Shown: piece after piece, positions 27,655 through 36,549 of the stretch
Layout of the letters: every line of letters starts with the position of its first letter
Numbering within the stretch: position 1 is the stretch's first letter
Assembly (NCBI GenBank): GCA_964532415.1
Contig: CAZHHN010000002.1
Span: 7,852-71,851 of the forward strand
Reading direction: 5' to 3'
From: an uncultured Gammaproteobacteria bacterium
Lineage (GTDB): Bacteria > Patescibacteriota > Patescibacteriia > SG8-24 > DYFX01
DNA length: 64,000 bases
Translations under genes and position numbers: made by a program
Notes under the pieces: generated by a model
Told to the model about the DNA's origin: nothing
Database searches by the model: none
The model's input: the letters and a program-made list of their open reading frames with translations, nothing else

Positions 27655-27681
27655 CAAAAACCCGTCCCAAAGGGGCGGGTT
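27655..27681 (-). terminator. Rho-independent terminator after low-GC orphan gene
   Basis: Minus-strand AACCCGCCCC-TTT-GGGACGGGTT followed by TTTTTGAG. Confidence 0.65.
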
Positions 27682-27704
27682 AATGAATCTGGGTTCGTCC
27701 AAGA

Positions 27705-28448
27705 TCACTTGGTGAACACGATGGTGCCAAAGATCTGTTTCACCGTTGGCGACAAGGCGTCATATTCCTTATCATCCAGTTCAAAATCATAGATCCGGCT
27801 TGTTCCCGAAATCAGATGATATCTCATGGTGATCTTGCCATCGGGATCACTTCCTTTCTCAGCAATTTCGTAGGCTATCTGGCCACCCAGAGAAATCTTT
27901 TTGACCAACCAGGAATACCCACCCTCCGTTTGAAACCGAGCGGAATCGAAAAGGTCCGATAACGAATTTTCGTCCGTCACTCGCCAGGAGCCAAGATACC
28001 CTGTCACATACGATTGAAAGTCAGGAAAGCAATCAACGTAGAGGCTTCTGTAGATTAAGTCCGCACCACCCTCCCCGAACTCCGTCCGTGACGCCGTGAT
28101 CTTCTTATTTTTCAAGATGTCTTCCGGACTGCGGATGATCGTCGCGCCGAGTTCACTGTCAGCGATCCATCCGGGCGGAAGCTGCAAATCTATTCCGCAT
28201 TTTGCAATCGTGAACGGGTTCCAACCGGGTATCGGCTCGACCGTCGTCTTTTCGGGGGACGGGACCGTCGAAGTCGCGACATCGACCGTTACCGGTGTCG
28301 GTACGGTCGGGTGCGGCGGCCTTCCGAAAAGAATGACGCCTCCGGCGATTGCCGCCGAAATCGCGACGAGTCCGATGGTTCCTGCGACGACCTTCTGACG
28401 TGCTGAATTTTGCACATGTTTACCTCTGTAATTATCGACGTCCCCCAT
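27705..28448 (-). CDS. Low-GC orphan membrane-anchored protein with Pro/Thr linker and extracytoplasmic domain
   Basis: GC ~48% versus ~66% background. Own terminator on both sides. TM VVAGTIGLVAISAAIAGGVILFG. ATG 28448 chosen (table start is a TTG). Confidence 0.55.
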   Translation of the reverse strand: MGDVDNYRGKHVQNSARQKVVAGTIGLVAISAAIAGGVILFGRPPHPTVPTPVTVDVATSTVPSPEKTTVEPIPGWNPFTIAKCGIDLQLPPGWIADSELGATIIRSPEDILKNKKITASRTEFGEGGADLIYRSLYVDCFPDFQSYVTGYLGSWRVTDENSLSDLFDSARFQTEGGYSWLVKKISLGGQIAYEIAEKGSDPDGKITMRYHLISGTSRIYDFELDDKEYDALSPTVKQIFGTIVFTK

Positions 28449-28591
28449 TATTGACGAAGATCGGATCGAGGTCAAGAGCCTCGGTTGAATGCGCGCTGAA
28501 GGAACGTCTCAAAAAGCCTAAACAAATACGGGTCCTGACAGGGGCGTTGAGCCATCCCAAGCGTCTTTCGGAAGGCCGCGAGGCCTGCGAC

Positions 28592-28615
28592 AAAAAAGAC
28601 GGCCGGGAGACCGTC
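28592..28615 (-). terminator. Rho-independent terminator after hypothetical gene 28631-29287
   Basis: Minus-strand GACGG-TCTCCCGG-CCGTC followed by TTTTTTGTCG. Confidence 0.55.
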
Positions 28616-28630
28616 GGATGATGCTGAGCG

Positions 28631-29287
28631 TCACAGCAGCTTGATCCCGAGCTTGAGCTTGATCCCGAGCTGTTGCAGCCTGCTGAGACCGAATCTTTCG
28701 AACTGCGGCCGAAGGTACAGCAAGGGCTCGTTGGGCAGACCGTGCAGACCGAGGGTCGCGAGCGCTTCCTCCAGCATGACGCGATACGGAAGGCGGTCAT
28801 GCAGCCCTGTGAAAAGCCGACGCAGGAGGTTTTCATCCAGGAAAGCGATCGGCAGCGTGAGGTTCACAATGCGCCGCCGGATGGTTTCTCCATTTTCACG
28901 GGCGGCTTGGACAAGGGCGGAGCAGCATTCGTCCTGAAACCCTTGCGATACGCGCTCGTACCCTGTATTTCTTTTCGGACCGGGAGCATCGGGCGGGCGG
29001 GCATGCGCCGTCACCAGTCCGAGCAGCAGGGCCGAAAGGCCGACATCGAGCCACGAAATGGGATCCGGATCGGGCGCCGGCGGACCGGTCAGCATCGGCA
29101 CGCGAGCCGCCCGTTCGGCCGCCATATGCGCACATTTTGCCGCATGCGCCTTGTGAGCCAACACGATCTGGGCGCTGCGCTCATCGCCATCGATCGTCAG
29201 GATCCGGCACAGGCGTTGCAGAAGCCACAGATGGGCGGCGAAAGCCGAAAGCAACAACGCGTCGAGCGGGTCGTGTTCAGTCATCAT
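28631..29287 (-). CDS. Hypothetical protein
   Basis: GGGGGA then ATGATG start at 29287. C-terminus LGIKLKLGIKLL encoded by a 2x GCTTGATCCCGAG mini-repeat. Confidence 0.45.
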   Translation of the reverse strand: MMTEHDPLDALLLSAFAAHLWLLQRLCRILTIDGDERSAQIVLAHKAHAAKCAHMAAERAARVPMLTGPPAPDPDPISWLDVGLSALLLGLVTAHARPPDAPGPKRNTGYERVSQGFQDECCSALVQAARENGETIRRRIVNLTLPIAFLDENLLRRLFTGLHDRLPYRVMLEEALATLGLHGLPNEPLLYLRPQFERFGLSRLQQLGIKLKLGIKLL

Positions 29288-29363
29288 TTTTCCCCCAAAG
29301 GTACTGGGCTGGTCTATCACGGAACGGTGCGCGGGTCAAATTGGGGCTGGACCCGAGAAACCG

Positions 29364-30578
29364 TCAACGCTTCCGGATGACGATGCGCTTCGGCCGCGTG
29401 CGCGACATCGCAGCAACGACGAACGTCAGGCCACCATCTTCGAGCGCGTCGCCGGCATTGGGCACGCGGCCGAACTTTTCGAGCACGTAATCGCCGAGCG
29501 CGCCTTCATAGGCGATCGAGATGTTGAAGAAGTGGTTGATCCTGGTAATCTCGGTGCCTTCGTCGGCCAGGATCTCGGTTTTCGACAGGCGCTTGATCGT
29601 TTCCGGCCGGATATCCTTTTCGTCGGTGATCTCGCCGACCAGCTCCTCAAGCACGTCTTCGAGCGTAACCACGCCGACCATGCGACCTTCGGCGTCTTCG
29701 ACAACGGCCAGGTGCTGCTCCCGGCCCTGGAAAAGCGGGAGCAGATCGTCGGCCGACATGTCGGCGCGCACCCGCAGCGCTTCCTGCGCGAAATCGGCCG
29801 GCGTGGCCTGGAATTCGTCGCGGGCCAGCGCGGCCAGCAAGTCGCGGGTCAGAGCCACGCCGAGCACGTGCGCCGGGCTTTCGCCGACCACCGGCACGCG
29901 CGAATGCCGGACATCGAGAACGCGCCGGCGCTGCTGCCCGAGCGGGACGTCAGCCGGCAGCGTCTCGGCATAGGACGCGAGCGTCATCATGTCATCGGCG
30001 GTGATGTCGTTCAGCCGGAAGACGCGCCGGATCATGCGCGACTCGTCGGCCTCGACGCTGCCCGAGAGCCGGCCGAGCTGCGCCATGATCGTGATCTCCT
30101 CTTCGGAAACGGCATGCCTGCGCGCGCCGGAGCGCAGCCGGCCAAGCAGCCGGTCGATCAGCCAGAGCAGCGGACGGAACATGCCGGTCAGGAACAGCAC
30201 CGGCGGAGCGACCGCGGGAGCAAGCCCATCTGCGTAGGCTTCGCCGAGCGTCTTGGGAACGATCTCCGCCAGGACGATCACGCAGAACGTGAAGCCGGCG
30301 ACGAAGACCGACAGGCCGACGGGCCCGAAAACGTGGTGCGCCAGCGTGCCTTCGACGATCGAACCGACGATGGTGGCGATGTTGTTGACGATCACGATCG
30401 TGCCGATCGGATAGGCCATGTCATCCTTGATCTTCAGGAGCGCTCCGGCACCGGGGCGTCTGGCTTCGACCATGGCCTTGACCTTGGCGTACGGAATGGA
30501 AAACAAGGCCGCCTCGGCGCCCGAAGCGAAGGCCGCCAGCGCCAGCACGATAACGGACGAGAGGATGAGGGCTGTCAT
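29364..30578 (-). CDS. CNNM/HlyC-CorC family transporter (DUF21 + CBS pair + CorC_HlyC)
   Basis: N-terminal 4-TM DUF21, CBS-pair region, C-terminal transporter-associated domain. 404 aa. Confidence 0.75.
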   Translation of the reverse strand: MTALILSSVIVLALAAFASGAEAALFSIPYAKVKAMVEARRPGAGALLKIKDDMAYPIGTIVIVNNIATIVGSIVEGTLAHHVFGPVGLSVFVAGFTFCVIVLAEIVPKTLGEAYADGLAPAVAPPVLFLTGMFRPLLWLIDRLLGRLRSGARRHAVSEEEITIMAQLGRLSGSVEADESRMIRRVFRLNDITADDMMTLASYAETLPADVPLGQQRRRVLDVRHSRVPVVGESPAHVLGVALTRDLLAALARDEFQATPADFAQEALRVRADMSADDLLPLFQGREQHLAVVEDAEGRMVGVVTLEDVLEELVGEITDEKDIRPETIKRLSKTEILADEGTEITRINHFFNISIAYEGALGDYVLEKFGRVPNAGDALEDGGLTFVVAAMSRTRPKRIVIRKR

Positions 30579-30582
30579 ACGT

Positions 30583-31608
30583 TCAGTGAAGATACTTCGC
30601 CTTGTTGGCGCTTTGTTCCTGAAGCGTCTTGGCGTAATGCACTTTTCCCTCCTTATCGGTCAGGAAATACCAATACGGATTGGACTCAGGATGCAGCGCT
30701 GCGCGAATGGCGGACAAGCCAGGATTGCCGATCGGCCCGGGCGGCAGGCTGCGGTATTTGTAAGTGTTCCAGGGATTGTCGATCTTGGTATCGAGATAGC
30801 TGACCGAGGGCTTGGAATGCCCGGTGAGGTAATTAACGGTCGAGTCGGCCCCGAGGCCGATGCCGGCGGAGATCCGCCTCCAAAAGATGTCCGAAACCAT
30901 GGCGCGATCCCGTTCGCCGCGCACTTCGCGCTCGATGATCGACGCCATCGTCAGGAGCTCATGCACGGAATGGCCGCCCGCCTTCATCTCGGCCCGCAGC
31001 TCCGGCGTCAACCGGACTTCGAGATTGTCGAGCATGCGGCGCACCAAGGCGCCAGCCCCGCCGCCCACATAGACGCGGTAGGTGTCGGGGAACAGATAGC
31101 CTTCGAGCGAGGCGCTGACCGGCTTGTCCGCCAGCGCGGGGTATGAGGCGTTCCAGTCCGGCAGCGCGCCCGTCCGCACGAACCTGGCGCTCTCCCCCGC
31201 CTCGGCATAGAAATCCTTTTTGGAAGCGAGACCCTGCGTTTCGAGATAGTCCGCGATATCATCGAGCGTCCAGCCCTCGGGAATCGTGATTTCGCGTTCA
31301 TCGGAAACCGGCTTGCCTTCCGCTAAGGCGCGTTCAATCTCGCCGCCCGTCATTGAAGGCGAGAGTTCGAACGATCCCGCCCGGAAGGCGTTTTTATCGC
31401 CGCGGCGCCAGATCAGGAACAGGAAAAAATTTTTGCTGCGGATCAGCTTCGCTTCCGCGAGCGCATCCGCGATTTCCCGGGCGCCTTGGCCTTTCGAAAC
31501 GACGAACAGCCGGGTTTCGGGACTGCGGGAAACCGGCTGCCCGCTCCGCAGAAAAACAATGCCGCTGAGCGCGAGAAGGCACACCAACGAAACGGCCAAC
31601 CCTTTCAT
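30583..31608 (-). CDS. mltG: Endolytic murein transglycosylase MltG (YceG family)
   Basis: N-terminal TM, LEGYLFPDTY and downstream YceG-like blocks. ATGA overlap with manC stop. Confidence 0.8.
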   Translation of the reverse strand: MKGLAVSLVCLLALSGIVFLRSGQPVSRSPETRLFVVSKGQGAREIADALAEAKLIRSKNFFLFLIWRRGDKNAFRAGSFELSPSMTGGEIERALAEGKPVSDEREITIPEGWTLDDIADYLETQGLASKKDFYAEAGESARFVRTGALPDWNASYPALADKPVSASLEGYLFPDTYRVYVGGGAGALVRRMLDNLEVRLTPELRAEMKAGGHSVHELLTMASIIEREVRGERDRAMVSDIFWRRISAGIGLGADSTVNYLTGHSKPSVSYLDTKIDNPWNTYKYRSLPPGPIGNPGLSAIRAALHPESNPYWYFLTDKEGKVHYAKTLQEQSANKAKYLH

Positions 31609-32693
31609 AAATAGCGTTCCATCTTTTTTCGTTTCAGCGTTTCAACCAGCTTCTTCACGTCCTGGGCGCGCGATTTCGGACAGATCAGCAGGACGTCTTT
31701 CGTTTCGATGACGATCATGTCCCGGAGCCCGGCCGTGGCGATCAGCTTGCCGCCGAAACTGCAGAGCAGGTTACCCTGGGAATCGTGATCGACATGTTTC
31801 CCGCGCACGACGTTGGCGTCCGGACGGCCGGAGAGCACTTCGTGCACGGCGCGCCAATGACCGACATCCGCCCAGCCGAAATCGGCCGGCAGCACGAGCA
31901 TGTGCTTTTCCTTTTCGAGGATGCCGTAATCGACGGAAACCGGCCGGATGCGGCTGAAGGCCCGGCGCACGGCGGCAATGCGGCCGCGCCCCGGCCAGGC
32001 GCGACGGACGCCTTCCAATTGGGTCCACAGAGCGGGCAGGTGCGCTTTGTAAGCGGTGAAGAGCCTTGCAGCTTCAGCAATGATCAGCGTCGGATTCCAT
32101 AGATACCCCTTCCGCGCCACGTAGGCTTCAGCCGTGCGAAGATCCGGCTTCTCGCGGAAGCCTTCGACGCCGAAGACGTCGCCGTTCTTACCCGGCCTCA
32201 GGCGCAGTGCCCGCTTTCCCGTCTTGATGTAGCCGTAGCCGGTTTCCGGATAGGACGGGCGCACGCCGATGAGAACCAGCCGTTTCGCACGGCGCGCAAC
32301 CCGTTCGGCGTCGCGCAGCGCGCGCCAGTAGTTTTTTTCATCCTTCACGTGCGCGTCGGAATTGACCGTAACAACCGTCGCGCCCGGATCGCGGGAAAGC
32401 GCGACGGCGGTGCCGAAGCCGATTGCCGCCGCCGTGTCGCGCCTGGCGGGCTCGATCAGAAGATTTTCGGACGGCAGCTCCGGAAGCTCGCGGCGGATGG
32501 CAGCGGCCTGCGCCGTACCGGCCACGACCAGGATGCGCGAAACCGGCAGGCCCTTCCGCAGGCGCTTCCAGGTGGAACGCAGAAGCGTGTCCGCTCCGAT
32601 GATGGGTTGGAGCTGTTTCGGCCGGCGCGCGCGGGAGACGGGCCAGAGACGGGTGCCGCCGCCGCCGGCCAGGAGAATGGCGTACAGGCGCAT
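31605..32693 (-). CDS. manC: Mannose-1-phosphate guanylyltransferase (nucleotidyltransferase, ManC-like)
   Basis: MRLYAILLAGGGGTRLWPVSR glycine-rich NTP-transferase motif. 362 aa. Confidence 0.7.
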   Translation of the reverse strand: MRLYAILLAGGGGTRLWPVSRARRPKQLQPIIGADTLLRSTWKRLRKGLPVSRILVVAGTAQAAAIRRELPELPSENLLIEPARRDTAAAIGFGTAVALSRDPGATVVTVNSDAHVKDEKNYWRALRDAERVARRAKRLVLIGVRPSYPETGYGYIKTGKRALRLRPGKNGDVFGVEGFREKPDLRTAEAYVARKGYLWNPTLIIAEAARLFTAYKAHLPALWTQLEGVRRAWPGRGRIAAVRRAFSRIRPVSVDYGILEKEKHMLVLPADFGWADVGHWRAVHEVLSGRPDANVVRGKHVDHDSQGNLLCSFGGKLIATAGLRDMIVIETKDVLLICPKSRAQDVKKLVETLKRKKMERYL

Positions 32694-32694
32694 G

Positions 32695-33468
32695 TCAGCG
32701 GATCACGAAAAACCAGAAAGCCAGCGCCGCGGCGATGCGGTAGACGCCGAAGGCCGTCAGCGTGTGAGTACGGACGTAGCGCAGGAACCAGCGGATGACC
32801 GCCAGCGCCGAAAAAAACGCCGAGAGCAGCCCGACCGACAATAGGACGCATTCCCGTCCGCTAAACGCCAAGCCGCTCTTGAGTAAATCAAGTCCGGAGG
32901 CGGCCGCGATCGTCGGCACCGCCAAGAGAAACGAGAATTCGACGATGGCCGGGCGCGACCATCCGAGCGACAGGCCGCCAACGACGGTCGCCGCGCTGCG
33001 TGAGACGCCCGGCACGACCGCCGCCGCCTGCACGATCCCGATCGTCGCGGCATGCGCGATCGGCATGCGTGCAAGTTCCTCCCGCCCCGGAACTCGCATC
33101 GGCTGCCAACGCTCGAAGAGGATCAGGAACACGCCGCCGAAAAAGAGCGCCGCGGCCGTGATGAGGGCGTTGCCGAGCAAAAAGGTTTTGATGGTTTTAT
33201 AGAAAAGCAGCCCGATGACCGCCGTCGGAACGAAGGCCGCGGCGACGCGGATGAAAACCTGCCGATCGAGAAGGAGGCGCTTCCACGAAACGGCCAGCAC
33301 GGCCAGAATCGCGCCGAGCTGGATGACAATCTCGAAGGTCTTCACGAAGTCGGTCGCCGGCAGCTGCATGAGCCGTCCGGCCATCACCATGTGTCCGGTT
33401 GAAGAAACGGGCAGGAATTCGGTCAGACCCTCAACGACGCCGAGGATCAGGGCCTGAAGCATGGTCAT
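32695..33468 (-). CDS. uppP: Undecaprenyl-diphosphate phosphatase
   Basis: LGVVEGLTEFLPVSSTGHM and PGVSRSAATV BacA motifs. 8 TM. Confidence 0.85.
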   Translation of the reverse strand: MTMLQALILGVVEGLTEFLPVSSTGHMVMAGRLMQLPATDFVKTFEIVIQLGAILAVLAVSWKRLLLDRQVFIRVAAAFVPTAVIGLLFYKTIKTFLLGNALITAAALFFGGVFLILFERWQPMRVPGREELARMPIAHAATIGIVQAAAVVPGVSRSAATVVGGLSLGWSRPAIVEFSFLLAVPTIAAASGLDLLKSGLAFSGRECVLLSVGLLSAFFSALAVIRWFLRYVRTHTLTAFGVYRIAAALAFWFFVIR

Positions 33469-34061
33469 GTACGCTGAGGTTTATGGTCGCGGAAGACCGC
33501 GAAGAGATCCAGGTACGGCTCGACCGCCTTTCGCGCAGGCGCAGCCAGACGCGAAGCGATCCATCCCACGAACGCGCCACCGAGCGCGTCGGAGGGATAG
33601 TGGACGCCAGCCGCCACCCGGCAAAGCGCCACCGCGACTGCCATCGCCAAAAGCGCGCTCCCCCATTTCCGGTCGCGCGCGAACATGGCAAAGGCCAAAG
33701 CGAAGGCGACGGTCGCATGCGCCGACGGGAATGATTTCTCGAAGGGCGCGCGCTCGACCAATTTCACGACATGGCTGAGCGCCACGAACGGACGCGGCCG
33801 GAACCATAGGAAGCCGAGCACCCCCTGCGTGGCATAGCCGATGAGCGCCGCCCAGACCGCCTGCACGAGATTTTCGAAACGTTCCTCGAAACGAGCGGTC
33901 TTCCAAGCGACCGCCACGTAGCCAATTTCCAGCGCGGCCATCAGGAAAATCAGCCAAGTGGCGCCGAAAATAACGAACGTGTCGAAGGCCGGTGAAAGAC
34001 CGGCCGGCCCATTCAACCAGCGGAAGAGACGCAGATCAGGCGCCGAAAACATATCCCCCAT
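33465..34061 (-). CDS. PAP2-family lipid phosphate phosphatase
   Basis: KSFPSAHA and GVHYPSD PAP2 motifs. ATGA overlap with uppP start. Confidence 0.7.
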   Translation of the reverse strand: MGDMFSAPDLRLFRWLNGPAGLSPAFDTFVIFGATWLIFLMAALEIGYVAVAWKTARFEERFENLVQAVWAALIGYATQGVLGFLWFRPRPFVALSHVVKLVERAPFEKSFPSAHATVAFALAFAMFARDRKWGSALLAMAVAVALCRVAAGVHYPSDALGGAFVGWIASRLAAPARKAVEPYLDLFAVFRDHKPQRT

Positions 34062-34089
34062 GATAGGGGCCGACGGCAGTTTTGGGAAG

Positions 34090-34887
34090 CTAGCGACGGT
34101 TGAGGAACAGCGCGCCCACAAACAGCAGGATGGCGGCGCCGACGATCGTGCCGCCGGCGGCGATATCGAAGGCGTAGGAGAGGAAGAAACCAATCAGTAC
34201 GGAGGCGAGCGAAAAGACAACCGCGAGAAAATGCGTCTTGCGAAAACCCAGACCGAAGCGCGAAGCCGTCAACACGGGCACGACCATCAGGGCCCCGACC
34301 AGGAGCGCGCCGACGACGCGCAGCGAGAGGGCGATCGTCAGGCCGGCCAGGAGCGTGAGCAGCAGATTGAAAGCCGTGGCCGGCAGCCCGCCCGAGAGCG
34401 CGAGATCCTCGTCAAGCGAGACGAGGAAGAACGGACGGACGCAGACATGGACGATCGCGACCACCGCCACGCCGAGCGCGAGGATGACGGCGAGATCGAT
34501 CCGGCTGACGGTCGTGACGCTGCCGAACAGGAAGCTGAACAACCCGGCGCTCAGCCCCTTCGCAAGGCTGATCAGCACGACCGAGAGCGCCAGGCTGCCG
34601 GAGAGCACCAGGGAAAGCGCCGATTCGCCGAAGAAACCTTTGGCCGCACGGAGACGCTCGAGCAGGAAGGCCGCCACGAGCGCGGCGCCGATCGCTCCAA
34701 GAACGGGATTGAAGGCGAAGAGCAGCCCGGCCGCGACGCCGGAGAGCGACACGTGCGCGAGCGTATCGGCCAAAAACGCCTGACGCCGCACCACCAAAAA
34801 CATGCCGATCGACGGCGCCAGAATGCCGGTCGCCAGAGCGGCGATCAGGCCGCGCACCAGGAAGTCGTAGCGGAAGATTTCAAACAT
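34090..34887 (-). CDS. ABC-3 family metal (Zn/Mn) ABC importer permease
   Basis: 8-TM ZnuB/MntB-like hydrophobic profile. Overlaps ATPase gene. Confidence 0.75.
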   Translation of the reverse strand: MFEIFRYDFLVRGLIAALATGILAPSIGMFLVVRRQAFLADTLAHVSLSGVAAGLLFAFNPVLGAIGAALVAAFLLERLRAAKGFFGESALSLVLSGSLALSVVLISLAKGLSAGLFSFLFGSVTTVSRIDLAVILALGVAVVAIVHVCVRPFFLVSLDEDLALSGGLPATAFNLLLTLLAGLTIALSLRVVGALLVGALMVVPVLTASRFGLGFRKTHFLAVVFSLASVLIGFFLSYAFDIAAGGTIVGAAILLFVGALFLNRR

Positions 34888-35647
34888 GGCCGTGGTGTTC
34901 GTGCGCGACCAGGCGCACTTCGCGCCCGTAGAGACGCACCAGGAAATCTTCCTTCAGATAGTCGCCGGGCCGGCCATGGCAGACGAGCCGGTGATTGAGG
35001 CATAGAACCGAGGTCGCGTCCTGCGAGACGAATTCCACGTCATGCGTCACGAAGACGATCGTCGTGCCGTGTTCGCGGTTGGCGTGCCGCAAAAACGTCC
35101 GGAAGGCTTCCTGCGCCGAGGCGTCGACGCCAACCGTCGGTTCGTCGAGCACGAGGATGCGCGGCTCGGCGGCCAGGGCGCGCGCCACGAAGACGCGCTG
35201 GCGCTCTCCGCCGGAAAGCGTGCCGACCGTGCGTCCGGAGAGCGCCGTCACCTCGAGCGTCTCCATGGCGTGATCGACCGCTTCGGTATCCGGTGCCGTC
35301 CAGCGGGCGAACAGGCCGAGACGCGGCGTGCGTCCGCTTTCAACGACCTCGCGCACCGTCGCCGGAAAATCGGCGGTGTCGGAAGAGATGCGCTGGGGCA
35401 CGTACCCGAGATCGAGACGGGCGCGCCGGTCGGAAGACGGACGCCCGAAAATGCGGATCGATCCGGTCGTGGGAGGACGAAGTCCGAGCAGAAGCCTGAT
35501 CAGCGTCGTTTTGCCGCCGCCGTTCGGCCCGATCACCGCCAGATATTCTCCGGCGTTCAGCCGGAAACAGACGTCTTTCAAGGCTGAAACGCCGCCGTAG
35601 GCATACGACAGATTTTCGATTTCGATGGCGGCGGTGTTCATTGGCAT
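34880..35647 (-). CDS. Metal (Zn/Mn) ABC importer ATP-binding protein
   Basis: GPNGGGKTT Walker A, LSGGERQRV signature, LVLDEPT Walker B, His-rich C-terminus HEHHGHV. Confidence 0.8.
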   Translation of the reverse strand: MPMNTAAIEIENLSYAYGGVSALKDVCFRLNAGEYLAVIGPNGGGKTTLIRLLLGLRPPTTGSIRIFGRPSSDRRARLDLGYVPQRISSDTADFPATVREVVESGRTPRLGLFARWTAPDTEAVDHAMETLEVTALSGRTVGTLSGGERQRVFVARALAAEPRILVLDEPTVGVDASAQEAFRTFLRHANREHGTTIVFVTHDVEFVSQDATSVLCLNHRLVCHGRPGDYLKEDFLVRLYGREVRLVAHEHHGHV

Positions 35648-36510
35648 ACGAGGGCGGTGCGAAGCTGTGCGAGATTATCGCGCATGACCGAAAGATAGTT
35701 TTTCCCGGCGGCGAGATCGGACGGCGTCAGGCCTTCGAGCGGATTGAAGCCGAGCGTGCGCGCGCCCGTTTCCTCGGCGAGCGTCTGGGCAAGCTTCGGG
35801 CTGGCGAGCGTCTCGAAGAAAATGTAGCGCGTTCCGGCGCGTTCCACCAGACGCGCGATTTCCGCCATGCGCGCCGGCGACGGTTCCGCGTCGGGAGAAA
35901 GCCCCGCGATCGGCACGACGTCCAGCTCGTAACGCCTGGCAAGGTAGCCGAAGGCGTCATGCGACGTGACGATCGTATGCGTCCTGCAACGGGAAAGCCC
36001 GGAACGGTAATCCGCGTCGAGCGCATCGAGCGCCGCGAGATAACCTGCGGCGCGGTCGGCGTATTCCGTATCCGTCCCGCCCAGGGCGTCGCGGAGCGAC
36101 TTCACGATGTCTTCTGCCAGCACCGGGTCGAGCCAGACATGCGGATCGCGGTTCACCTCAGGCAGCCGATCGGCCACGCGCACGACACGCACGCCATGCC
36201 GACGGAGGTCCGGCAGCAGCCGATCGGCCCAGCCGTCGACCCCGCCGTTCATCACGAAGAGATCGGCCTGCTCAGCGTCCAGAATGTCCTGGGGCGTCGG
36301 CTCGTAGTCGTGCGGTTCGGCTCCCGGCGGCACGAGCGTGCGCACATCGAAACGTGCGCCTCCGATCTGGCGGGCGAACTCCGCCAAAGGATAGAACGTC
36401 GCCACCACATGCAGCGAAGCGTTGGACGGCGGGCGGACGGGAGCAAAAAGGCGGATCGCCAGCCAGGCCGCGGCGGTCAGCACCCCGACGAGCAGGAAGG
36501 CTTTTTTCAT
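35638..36510 (-). CDS. Metal (Zn/Mn) ABC importer substrate-binding protein (TroA/ZnuA-like)
   Basis: Signal peptide. HDYEPTPQDI and DPHVWLDP motifs of cluster A-I SBPs. Confidence 0.8.
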   Translation of the reverse strand: MKKAFLLVGVLTAAAWLAIRLFAPVRPPSNASLHVVATFYPLAEFARQIGGARFDVRTLVPPGAEPHDYEPTPQDILDAEQADLFVMNGGVDGWADRLLPDLRRHGVRVVRVADRLPEVNRDPHVWLDPVLAEDIVKSLRDALGGTDTEYADRAAGYLAALDALDADYRSGLSRCRTHTIVTSHDAFGYLARRYELDVVPIAGLSPDAEPSPARMAEIARLVERAGTRYIFFETLASPKLAQTLAEETGARTLGFNPLEGLTPSDLAAGKNYLSVMRDNLAQLRTALVCQ

Positions 36511-36549
36511 ATCCGCATCTTCATACGGTAACAGGCGCGTGTAAGGCGG

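Noticed and set aside
28636-28680. Mini tandem repeat GCTTGATCCCGAG x2
   Set aside because: Only two 13-nt copies inside a coding C-terminus (LGIKLKLGIKLL). Too small to call a repeat element.
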